A stretch of DNA of 63,998 nucleotides, the filler included, from Stramenopiles sp. TOSAG23-3 (lineage: Eukaryota), in NCBI GenBank assembly GCA_900128585.1. It is 17 parts of 17 records of this genome, joined end to end, with 100 filler letters (N's around TTAATTAATTAA, not from the genome) between each part and the next. Parts side by side here need not be neighbours in the genome. Positions count along the whole stretch, not along the records: positions 1 to 3,701 come from LT644112.1; positions 3,802 to 7,501 come from LT644113.1; positions 7,602 to 11,301 come from LT644114.1; 14 more parts are not named here. One strand, 5' to 3'. How positions within the stretch are numbered: the first letter of the stretch is position 1; each line of letters begins with the position of its first letter. Under the pieces are notes generated by a model that worked only from the letters and a program-made list of their open reading frames with translations, was not told the origin of the DNA and searched no databases. The translations under genes and the position numbers were made by a program. Positions 1 through 11,401 of this stretch are shown in pieces.

Positions 1-366
1 GTATGTCTCTCCCAAGTTCTGGTCAAGATTCCAACTGGCAAGTAAACAGCGGCATAAATGTTTTTGAAGGGCTCGTTGTTTAATGTTGTGCATTAACCGG
101 TTTATAATGCTGTGTTGCAATGTTGCAACTTATATAAAATAACAGCCAATTTTTCTTGTTTTTATGTTCATACAAGACAGGGTAAAATATTTATTAAAAA
201 AGCTTTTTACACATTACGAAAAAGCACATGATAATTCAGTCCGCTAAATTTAATTACTTAAATAACAGCCAATTTTGCTTTCTTGTTTTTAAAAATTCAG
301 CCATCAACCTGTAATAAAAAGGCAAACCCAGTAAGTTTACTGTTTTTTCAGCGCACACACTCCAAA

Positions 367-3300
367 TTAATTCCCTACGACAAAACCACTCACAGTAATG
401 CTGACCGTCTCTTCCGCACCTACTCCGTTCGGTATATACCCACCCTTCAAAACACAAGGGAACGTAAGTTCATTCCAGCGCCCAATGACGACACACGGGT
501 CTTCTTTGTCTTGCTCTGATTCATCGACCTGCGCGGGAGGGGTAAATTTCACTTTGACAACAGTCTCGCCTCCTGCCGACAACGATCCTTTGTTCGGCTC
601 AAACGAAAAGTACTGGGCGCCTTCCGTTGAGTTCGGGGCTCCGATTTCGAAGGATCCGCCATTTCCAGATCGCCCTGGTTCGTTGATACCAGTTGCACCG
701 ATTGCGATTTCTTTTTCGATGGTTGTGCCATTTTTCGACTTTGGAAACACCAACTTTATTGCGTGTGATTTAGCTTTCGTTGCCAATTCTTCCTGACCCT
801 CGGGCAATTTTAATTCTACATTTAATTCCGGCGGAACGCCGAAAATGTCATCAATTGTTTCGCGTGATCCAACAGGCAAAAAATCTGCAGCCTTCAGTGG
901 CCTTGCAAACAATTGGCGTTGCCAGCATTGCGCGGTCAGGTAAAGATTTTTTTCAACTGCTTTCTTTTCGTCTGCGGTAGGAACCCTGACAACCATCAGG
1001 GATTTGAAAGGCATCGCAAGCTCATGGTCTGGTCGGACCGTCACTTGGACCTCCTGCGTTGCGCCGGGTTGGATAATAGCTGATTCCGGGACGCAAGAAA
1101 ACACTGATGTACCATTGTAGTTTGTCGGAACATTTCCTCGACTGATAATGTTGTATGTCAAGGGAAAGACACTCAGATTCTTCAACGTGATCGTTTTCGT
1201 AGAAGAATCACCAGCCAAGACCTGGCCTAAATCAACCTTTCCATCTTCTGGGTTCATTTCAAGTACAGGTTCGACTCCCTGCCCAACGAGGAAAACAGAT
1301 GCGTTTCCAAACTCCGTTTCTAAAGTAATTTTCTCCGAGTACTTAAGCTGGGCCCCCGGTCTAAACTGTACAAAGAGACTGCGCTGCCCTTTACCATGCA
1401 GATTGCCATGCTCAGCCAAAGGCCGCGGTGCATTTACAATAGAAAATGGACCGTGTGCGTTCGGCGCAGTCTTCACCTTCAAGTAAGTGCCCGTCGGGTT
1501 CAAATTGCTTACAATAATTGGGGCAACTTCAACTTGCCCTACTGCCATTTGTCCAAAGTCTAACTTTTGGCTGGTTGATGCGGGGAAGCGAACGATAACA
1601 TCGTTTGGAACCACTGCGCTGAACACTTTTTCGATAGTGACTGTGTGCACTTCCACGCAAACCAGCGGTGCTTTCGGGTCTACTTGAGCGCCTTCCTTGG
1701 CGGGCTTAGTAAAACATGGTATTTTCCACACGGCGTGACGGCTCCACTTTTCTTTGCCGCCGGTAATTTGATCACTCCACGATACTTTTCCCTCGTACTC
1801 CGGGGGTGCTGAAAACGGTTTGGCCTCAACAACCTTTTGTTCTACTTTCTCCTCGGCCTTTTCTTCGGTCTCGGGCTCAGGAGTAGAGCCCTTTTTACCT
1901 TTCTTCTTTCCGCCTTTTCCCTTCGCAGGAGTCTTTTTCCCACTCGGAGTCTTTTTTCCACTTTTGCTGCTCTTTCCCGTGCTAGCACGAGAATTCGGGC
2001 GAGAAGACTTCTCTTCTTCTGCGACGACCTCTTCGACCGTTTTCTGCTCTTCCTTTCGCTCTTCGCTGATGTCTTTGCCATCCGGTCCTATTGTAACCAA
2101 ATCTGGTTTAAAGCTCACTTCCACTCGCACCTGCTCTCCAGGTTTCAACACCTGCACTCCAGGGCAAATGGTCAGGCCGCATATTCGGACATCTGGAGGC
2201 GAGAACTCAAACACTTGAGAAATTTTGGAAGCATTCTTAACCATTATAGACTGCACAACACGTTCACCCTCTGGGCAAGCAGCCATCTTAACGACATTGT
2301 AGTCCAAAGATAAAACCGGCTCCACCCCTGTACCTATGCAATTAATTTTAAATTCACGCCCAAGAAATGTTTGCATTTTGAGGGCAAACTTCCCAGGGAC
2401 AGCAGCAACGGGGCTAAACACAACATTTCTTACAATCGACTCATTCGGCAGTAACGTGCCAAACCCATCGTCTTCCGGGACTGAAAGCTCCCGGGGCAAA
2501 CCGACGAATCCAAATTTTTGTGGCAATGCGCACATATTAGTAATTTTCATAGGGACTGATACGGATTGTTCGGTGTAGCAAGAGCCAAAATTAATTTCCC
2601 GTGGCTCGAACGAAATATCCGAAGTCGTTAATTTTGTTTTTAATCGAAAAATAACCGGCAAGGTTTGGTCTGGGACCAGAATTCTAATTGGTACAACGAT
2701 GATGTCTGGATCAGATTCGTCTGTGCAGAATTTTTTGCATTTTGCCTTTATGTCTTCGGTCGGCCTGAACTTCATTTGCACAACAAAAATTCCCGACTCA
2801 CCGGTAGACTTTTCTGCGGCCTGGACGAATCCCATCGGGGGGAACATTCCCAGCACGTCACTTAGCTCTTTCGGCACGGAAGTTGCCATTTTCAACGCAA
2901 CTGTTCCTCTATTGCGCACACGAACTGCTGCGCGGTACAGTTTTCCAAATACACAACACCTCATGTCGATCAACCGTTTGTCTACATAGATTGGAACTCG
3001 CAACGATAACGCGGTCACAGTCAGAATAATTTCTTTGTCGGAGCCATCGAACGTTACCCGAAGCACGCGGTGCAATTTTCCAGGCTGTGTGGGTCGAAAG
3101 GTAAAATTGACGTTCGTAGAGCTGTACGATTTCATATCTCCAGTATCGAAGTGTTGAAGCAATTCCGGGGGGTTGTCTTTGACAGGTTCAACCAGCAACT
3201 CGTTCGTTTCAGGATCCCAATTAAACTCGTCTAGTTCAGTGACTTTCTCCACATGGAACTTGGTTGGCAGAGCCCCACCGTTGATAAACTTACACGAACA

Positions 3301-3701
3301 TTGAACGTCGTCGCCCAACACGACTGTGCCCATGTCGATCAGCGACGTTGACAACGACGGGTCAACTTTCTTGGTGTAGCATTCTAACGGGAGCGATATG
3401 CGCCCCGTGTGAGAGAGAATCGGCAGTTCTGAGACGATGTCCTTGTTCAGTTTCGGGTCAAATTCGATCAAAATAGAGCATGACGTTCCTGCACTCATAC
3501 GACCTGGTTTCGTGTAGGTAATGTCAAAAAAGTCCTTTATTTCATCGTCCAGGTCCAAAAGTTTAAAGTGATTGAACGTGTAAGAGACATTTGTCAAAGA
3601 AAACCGCATTTTCATCTTCTTTCCTACTTCAAAATCTTTGAAAACTAATTTGGCGGGCTTCGATATAAACGCGTCCCCTTTAAACTCTTTCCCCCACACG
3701 A
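367..3701 (-). CDS. CFAP74: Cilia- and flagella-associated protein 74-like (tandem ASH/Ig-like domains), 5'-truncated by contig end
   Basis: 1110-aa open frame; N-terminal part FISKPAKLVFKDFEVGK...LTNVSYTFNHFKL...PGRMSAGTSC resembles CFAP74; repeated 'I/LDFG...N' ASH-like modules. Confidence 0.85.
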
Positions 3702-3801
3702 NNNNNNNNNNNNNNNNNNNNNNNNNNNNNNNNNNNNNNNNNNNNTTAATTAATTAANNNNNNNNNNNNNNNNNNNNNNNNNNNNNNNNNNNNNNNNNNN
3801 N
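3702..3801. other. Artificial contig linker (N-run, TTAATTAATTAA, N-run), recurring about every 3.8 kb through the window
   Basis: Identical 100-nt spacer with stops in all six frames; intervening contigs decrease in length (3700, 3700, 3698, 3697, 3692...). Confidence 0.99.
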
Positions 3802-4621
3802 GACACCGGATGAGGAAGTTGATTATGGGTCATGTGGAAGCACTGCTAATCCATCTACTGATTCAGATCATAAATGGAGTGCATCTGGGAATGATAGTCA
3901 AGACTAAGTGACAAGGATATAGCGATTAGTAAAACCAAAAGAGCAAAGATAAGTTCGCAGTTCATGAAGGAATGTAAACCTAGAATGTCTAAATCTAGAA
4001 TTCAGTTCGCAGTACATTAATTTTAATTACTTAAATAATTTAGATATGCCTAACTCGTTTCATTTCTCTTATTCAAACTCTCTTTTTGCAATCTCCGCAA
4101 AAAACTTCTGGGCAGAACTGCTGCTCAAAACAACAAAATTTGCGAGCGTTTCCTTCCGTTCTGCATGTTTATTTTTTTTTAAACTCAACAATCTAAATTC
4201 TATTAATTAAAAATATGAACTATTTTCTTTGATCTTAACCCTATCCCGGCCTTTTACCTTTTCGGATTCTCAGTTTCATTTAAACGAATTGAATTTTACG
4301 TATGGTCCAACACGAACATATGACTACTCTTAGGCACTCACATCTGCAAAACAAAATACCATGCAATTTTTCCATATGCAATCCCGGAGGAGGAGCGGGC
4401 ACCATGACCGATTCATGGTAGGCGTCATCACCCTCTCCTTCCCCGATCCCTCCACTGGCTACCCCGCACGCTGCGCGTTGTAAAAATCACATCCTTCAAA
4501 GACTAATTTAAATTCTCTTTAAATAAATGAATTTTTGCGTTTTACTGTTTAAACATTGCTATTTCATGAGAAATAGTTTGCATAATGTAATCCAACCCCC
4601 TCGTGAATGCGAGTGACAAAA

Positions 4622-7501
4622 TCAATGATTAAACAGAGATGGTGCATCATCAGATGAAGTTTGTTGCCTACTACTTGCATCGCTCCTTCCACTGCCGTTA
4701 CTCCCTGATTGGCTTATAGAATCGCTTTCTTCATCAGATATGTGACTTACACCAACGGAAGCTGAAATTTCGGACACGTCGTCGTCGTCTAAATGCCTTG
4801 TATTTAGTTGCGAAGTCAACGTCTCCTTCATGTCATTGTCGCTGCCAGAGGTAGAAGATTCTGCTTCGCTAGATGAAAATACTTCTGCATCAGAACTGCT
4901 TAAAATCGATGACGCGTCGGACGAGGATGGGCTAAGAGTAACCTTCTGCTCTTTTTCAACTGGCATTTCATGCTCTATCTTACTAGCTACTTTATCATTC
5001 CCAAGTATGACCGATGGATTTGGTTTCGGGGTGATCTTTGAAGCTCCTGCAGCGGTTCTACGAAGGTTTTTCGGTACTGCTGTGGCTGATCCCAATTGAT
5101 TTGCCTTTTCAACGAAGGTCTTTGGTTGCACAGAAGTACTAGTTTTTAAAACAGCAAGTTTTTTTGACTTCAAAAGTCTTGCGTTCATGCCTCTTATTTT
5201 TGCAGAATTAGATTTAACTCGGGCCCAAAGCATTTCTCTACGTGTTTTTCGTTTCACACTACTGCTTTTTATTTCATGCATTACACTAACGATAAAATAT
5301 AGAGATGTTAATCCAATTATTGCGATCGCGACACAAACTATGACCATACTGTGAGAAGAATAGTCACGCTCCAGTAAATATTTCGAATTAGTCATCACAG
5401 CGCATAAGCACAAGAACACTAAAGCGCCTAAAAGTACCGTCTCTATTGTGTTAAGATTAAACAAATCGTGTTTATGCTTGTTCATTATTTTTTCTTGTTC
5501 GTCAATTTCAACTCTCATACGGTGCATTAGTTCGTAGTAAGACTTTCCGTTGATTCGGACCAGGAGCTGGGCGCGTTCCAAACGCTTAATTTCCGATAAT
5601 ATGCGCTCCTCGGCTTCTTGCCGTATCACAACTGCTTTTTCCCTGACACCCATGTACGGCATATACCTAACTTGCAACACAAAATTTACGAAAACGATAC
5701 CCAATATAGAAGCAACTTGGAAAGTGACGTCATCGTTGAACATGAGAAATATAACACTGAGGGCAAATTTTCGTAAAATAACCGTTATAGACCATCGAAA
5801 ATACTTTGGTCGAAACATATAGTAGACCTTCCCAAAAGCCATACGAAGAAAATAAAATCTATTCGTTCTTACACTGTCACCTTTATCATGCGCTCTTAAT
5901 ACCTGGTCTGCGATAATCTTGTCTTTAAAGTAGTGAAATATGCAAAGCAGTAACAATGGGAACCCTCCACTATAACTGGCCAGAACCAGTAGCGCGTAAG
6001 GCGCCAAACGATTTTGAAGAGTTCCAGGGACATAGCATTCTTCTAAAGGTTGGGATGCCATATAATACCGCCCTGTTTTCGGGGCAGTGTCTTTACAATT
6101 AAAAATTTCTAGAGCCTGCGGAAGATTAGATCAGGTTGGGGGATTATGAGGTTAATTGTCTGTTTAGAATTTAAAGGATGTGTCAGTGTATAAATGCTGG
6201 TACTTACGGTTCGGCAAATTGTAAGGTATAAAAAGTAGATCATTGAAAAAGTCATTGAGATTACAACAGCTCCGAGAGGGACCACTTTTTTCACTTGCTT
6301 TCGTTTTTTTCGGGGTCTACGACGTTTCCTTTGAGACCACCAGCGTTGCAACTTATACAGTAGTCGACGAATGTATATAATAATGATGCAAAAAGTTACG
6401 AACGCCCCTCCTATTATTGGAAATGACACCTTAATCCACCACTTTCGCTCGTAAGTTACAAATTCTCTTAATGCACACTCCGGCCCAGTCATGTCAAGAT
6501 CCATTTGAAACCATTGCATCCAACCAATGACTAGTGCAAAGTCAAAAGGCAAAGTGACCCCTGGGGGCAAGGGAACAAAAAGCTTCACTATGATCGACAA
6601 TGTTTGGAAATAGTCTATTCCAACAGACAAAATGGACAGGTTGATGCCACTTCGGCTGAGAAAAAACATCCCAACTCCAACAAATAGACAAAGAAACACC
6701 ATGGCTGCTGGAAGTAACCATGGTATCGATGGACATGGAACACACTCGCCATCAAGGCGAAAATGTGGGGTTTCTTCAGATATGTCGCACATTCCGCAGC
6801 GAGGGGCATAGCAGAATCCACTTGGTAGAGTTATGTGCAAATAACTGCATTGCAGCAAACCATCTTCTCCTTCAATGTAAGGCTCATATGTGGATACGTA
6901 ACCTCTCGTGCAAGTGTTGTTGTACCCACATGCGACTGCGGGTTCGCAGGGCATGACATATGGGCAATATCGACGTCGAGTTGGGGATGCGTATGAAAGT
7001 TTCAATGTATTCACTGTCGTCGAAGAATTGAAGCGATCTGGATGACAAATTTCCCCTGGAACCAATGCTGCATCACAATCCGGCACACCTGAATTTCCAC
7101 TCTGAAATATTTGTCTGTCAGATAAACATTTGTCCGGTATGCGGTCCAGGCCAGTACCAGGATCCGGAGAGCACACACCAGTGCCTTTCGCTATTTGGCA
7201 TTCTACCGGTGGCAACAACGCAAATCCAGGTTTGGCCACCGGCTCTTCCGTCCCAAAACCCTCAATAAAAATTCCTGTACACTCGACGGCATAAATTTTT
7301 TTGTCTTCGTCTGACGCCAAAGTATCACTTCCTTTATCCGCGTTTAAAAAGTGCCAGCACTCTACACATCTTTCTGCAAGCTTTCCATAAAACCCATATG
7401 CGCATCTGGCAGATAGGAACTTGTAGAAAGTGGAATTTTGCATCGCCACATTAATTTTGATAATTTTCTCTCCTACTGTTGACAATCGGGGCCGGCAGGA
7501 T
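4622..7501 (-). CDS. Large multi-pass membrane protein with Cys-rich ectodomain; two exons (7501-6208, 6115-4622), 5'-truncated
   Basis: ORFs 6109..7485 and 4622..6061 join in frame (ICRT|ALEIFNCKD...YYMASQP) on removing the intron; many hydrophobic helices; Ser/Asp-rich tail. Confidence 0.85.
6116..6207 (-). other. Spliceosomal intron, 92 nt
   Basis: GTAAGT donor, CTAAT branch point, GCAG acceptor; removal restores the reading frame. Confidence 0.9.
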
Positions 7502-7601
7502 NNNNNNNNNNNNNNNNNNNNNNNNNNNNNNNNNNNNNNNNNNNNTTAATTAATTAANNNNNNNNNNNNNNNNNNNNNNNNNNNNNNNNNNNNNNNNNNN
7601 N

Positions 7602-7663
7602 CTACACCGACTTCTACGGCACAAACCGAAGCGCGGTCCTTGCGGCCTACGAGCCGGCAATTA
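7602..7663 (+). repeat. 62-bp inverted copy of 9530-9591 at the contig end (probable amplification chimera)
   Basis: ctacaccgacttctacggc...gccggcaatta is the exact reverse complement of 9530-9591. Confidence 0.92.
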
Positions 7664-10600
7664 CTTTCAAGTTCACGATGCCCCCGACCATCACGTTGAT
7701 GCGGGAGGTAAACACGGGGCAGTCGCGGAACTCTTTGACCCATCTGCGCATTTGGTACCGAAACAAGGCCGACAGGCAAAAGCGGGCCACAAACACTACG
7801 GACACAAGGATAATGGACCAGAGGAGACGCCCCATAAAGTGTTGCAACAGGGCTTCCGGGTAATACTCCCGCTCAAGACCGTCGAGCACGGGAAAATTAT
7901 GGAACGGTTCAATCATCGCGTCGATGTCTATCGGCGGAAGGGGGGACGGGCTTGGGACCACCGGGGGCGTGATGCACGGGCACTTGGACATTGTGGCATT
8001 CTCGTTCAGGTGGGACCGGTTGTAGAACGATGGAAGGCGCCGCTCCGCAAACGGCAGCCAAGAGCAAAACCTGTCGCAATCGTTCCATTCGAACCCGTTG
8101 GTTTTGCAATAGTTCTCTTCGCATTGCGCAGCCTGCACTTGCAGCGGGGAGAAAAGGCCGGCAAGATGAAAGCCATAGCACATCCCATCGTTCAGACAGT
8201 CGATTCTGTACGGGATCACCGTGTTGTTGCACGAGAGAAGCGTTTTGTTTTCGTCCAAGATCAGCGCGTCGTACAACGAGACGTTTCCGGGAAGGGAGGT
8301 CCGGTTGCTTGCCTTCCAATATCGTTCCGCGACGTCGAACGTCGTGTTGCCGCACATCTTCCTCGTGCAGTTGACGACCGTAGTTTGGTTCGTGCTGTTA
8401 AACGTAGGAACGTAGAGGGAGTAATTCCAAACTTTTTTGTCGTACGAATCGTACCAGGACTGAACTTTGGCCAGCGTGTAATTGCCGCACATTGGGATGG
8501 ACGCATTCGGAACAGTAGCCGTTTTGTTGTGCACCACGGGCACGGGTGGGGCCGGGCTCCACCTGTCCGGGAAGGAGGAGATTTGGACGGGCAGTTCGTC
8601 AACATTGGGCCATGGCACGCGAAAAGACCCCACGTCGGGCATGTTGTCCAAGACAAACACGCCGAGCATACGCGTTGCAAATGGGCCATACGCGGTTCCG
8701 TAGTCCTGCACGAACCTCAAATGGCCCACCAAGGCAGTGCATTGCAAAGTCCACAGCACAAACCAGATGCTGACGTGGTGGTAGCGGCGGTCTTTCGTCT
8801 CGCACACGGGCGACCTTGCGCCAGCAACGCTTATGTGCGCTTTGTTGTTGGCATCGCGCAGGTCCCACGTGTCTATCATGGCCCACGCGAGGGACGCCAG
8901 GATCCGCCAGAGCAGGACGACCAAGATAACCCACCGCAGAGCGTCCGCTACCGTATCCCTCGTTTGGGCAGCCCACCACGTCACGTCGTCGTCGTTGATC
9001 CTCACGGGAACGTCCACCAGCATGACCTCGCCCTCCCTGTTGTTCACTGGCAAGCGCACACTCTCTCCCCCCATCGTGTACACCGAAGCAACGTCGTCCC
9101 AACCGTGCCTGTAATCCCCGCTTGCTGGCAACAAGTAAACCCTTAACTTGCAATTGAACGCGCCTTCTTGGTGTACGTTGTCGATGGTGCCAATGGTTTG
9201 CCACGTACCGTTAAACGAGGAGCGCCAGTTGTCGTTCGTGATGTTGTAGTCCGCGACGTTCAGAAGCTTGCCGTTGAGCGTGAGACGTGCGTACGCTTCG
9301 TTCAAATATGCATCGGGGGAAAAACAGTTTTTCCCATCGATTTGAAGCGTCATCATGCCGTCGTTGGTAAACCTCGACGGCCCGGCGTTCATTTGCAGTT
9401 GGATTTGTGGGAAGGGGTCATTTGGCCGAGAGAGGTCGCCCCCCTCTTCCAATTCTACCTGCGTGTTGTCCGCGTTTGTGGCCCCCCCTGCTACGATGTT
9501 TATCGCCGGTTGAACAAAAAAGCTGGTGCTAATTGCCGGCTCGTAGGCCGCAAGGACCGCGCTTCGGTTTGTGCCGTAGAAGTCGGTGTAGTTGTCGCAT
9601 ATCTTTGTGTAGTTAACTTGCCACGGGGGCGAGTACAGCGATTCTCGGTCGCCGCCTTGGCCGTCAAAATACGTGTCAAACGCCTTCGTGATGTTCGCCA
9701 GGTCGGCCTTGTCCTGCCTCCATCGCCACAAGGTAACGTTGTAGGTGCCGTGGAGCCACGGCATGGGCATGTCGACCGTTTGGTTCTTCGCGCACGAGGC
9801 GTTTTCGTCACACGGTGGAATGTAAATCTGCCCCCAGGTTTGCGTACAGTACTTGTGGTGCACCAGGGGCGGCCATCGAACTATGGTCAGGATAGAGTGG
9901 TTTTGGTCGGTCTTGTTCGGGCGATCCCAGTGTATGCGGAGGGTAGGCTCGGTGAAGTGGTTAAAGTAGTACCTGGTCTGATTCGGATCGTACTTGTTCC
10001 GGACCACGTTCACCCCGTTCGTGTTCACAACGCGTAGGGCGAACGACTCCCCGCACGCTTCCTCCGCTGAGATCGACCCGATCTTGTGCCCGTACCTTCC
10101 GATGGGACAAACGTTCCCGCATGCGAGTGAAAACGACGTTGCCCCCGACACGTTTCCCCACGTCCCCGCGGTGCAAAACTGCGTGCAGGACCCCTCTTCC
10201 AACCGTTGCCCGGTGACATTTCCGTACCTTCCCGCAGAACAGTTGTGCGGGCATGCCGCCACCAACGAAGTCGACCCAATGAAATTGCCAAATTTCCCAG
10301 CAGGGCACAGTTTGCAGGCCCCGGTCTCCGTCGTCTCCCCAGAAAAGTTTCCGTACTTGCCCCCGGGGCACCGCGACGGGCACGCCGCTTGCTCGGTCGT
10401 TTTTCCCGCGACCGCCCCATACTTTCCCCCCGGGCAGACGTTTGAGCACCCCACCAGCACGGCGAACGTTCCCGCCACCGTGCCCCACCGCCCCGGAGGG
10501 CAAAGGTTTGGGCATGCCTCGTCGAGGGCACGCTTCCCGACTTCGGACGCCCCGCCGTATCTTCCCGGGGCACACCGCGACGGGCACGCGTCCAGTTCTG

Positions 10601-11301
10601 CGACCTTCCCATGCACGTTTCCGAACCGTCCCGAGGAGCACACCCCCGGGCACGCCCCAAGCTCGGTAGTTTTTCCAGTAACGTTCCCATACCGTCCCGG
10701 CGGGCACTGCTTGTCGCACGCGGTGGCTTCGGCCGTGCTCCCCGTCCCGTTCCCAAACTTCCCCGAAGGGCACACGTGCGGGCACGCCAGCCCGACCTCG
10801 CTCTGTCCCGTCCCGGCGCCATACTTCCCACCAGGGCATTGGTACGCGCACGCGGCGCTTTCCCTGATCCTCCCCGTCGCGTTTCCGTACGTCCCGGCAG
10901 AGCAGGCGTTCGGGCAAGCGCCCGTAACGTTTGTTTGCCCAGTTCTATTTTCGTTCCCAAACTTTCCCACGGGGCAAAGGCTCGGACACGCATTGGATTC
11001 TATCGTTCCCCCGGACACGCCCCCGTACCGTCCTGCACCGCACACGTTGGTGCAAGCAAACGATTGGTTCGTTTGGTTTGGGACGTTCCCGAACCGCCCG
11101 GGCGGGCACGGCACCAGGCCATTTGTTGATCCGGGACAAAAATGCCCCGGTTCGCACATCGAACAGGCCAGGTCCAATTCGACGTCCGATCGATTCCCAT
11201 ACTTCCCGGCCGAGCAATAGTACCACACCGTACCGTTTGTCCCGTTCGTCGCATTCGACGATTCCACAGAGAATGGCAAGAGGACTAACGATACCATTAC
11301 T
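7664..11301 (-). CDS. Cys-rich repeat surface/membrane protein (about 15 C-P/S-x-G-x-Y/F/W-G repeats of ~22 aa, ephrin-receptor-like/GCC2-GCC3 type, then TM segments); real 3' end lost at a chimeric junction
   Basis: 1216-aa ORF; tandem CPxGxYG...AC units; many N-x-S/T sequons; hydrophobic helices in the C-terminal half. Confidence 0.8.
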
Positions 11302-11401
11302 NNNNNNNNNNNNNNNNNNNNNNNNNNNNNNNNNNNNNNNNNNNNTTAATTAATTAANNNNNNNNNNNNNNNNNNNNNNNNNNNNNNNNNNNNNNNNNNN
11401 N

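Noticed and set aside
4383..4445. SECIS element on the minus strand (ATGA-N11-AA)
   Set aside because: The 3' GA of the non-Watson-Crick quartet is missing at the required position, and the upstream gene has no in-frame TGA.
7602..9591. 62-bp perfect inverted repeat suggesting transposon termini or an invertible segment
   Set aside because: One copy lies exactly at the contig end and truncates a gene, and the other is ordinary coding sequence. This is typical of an amplification inversion chimera.
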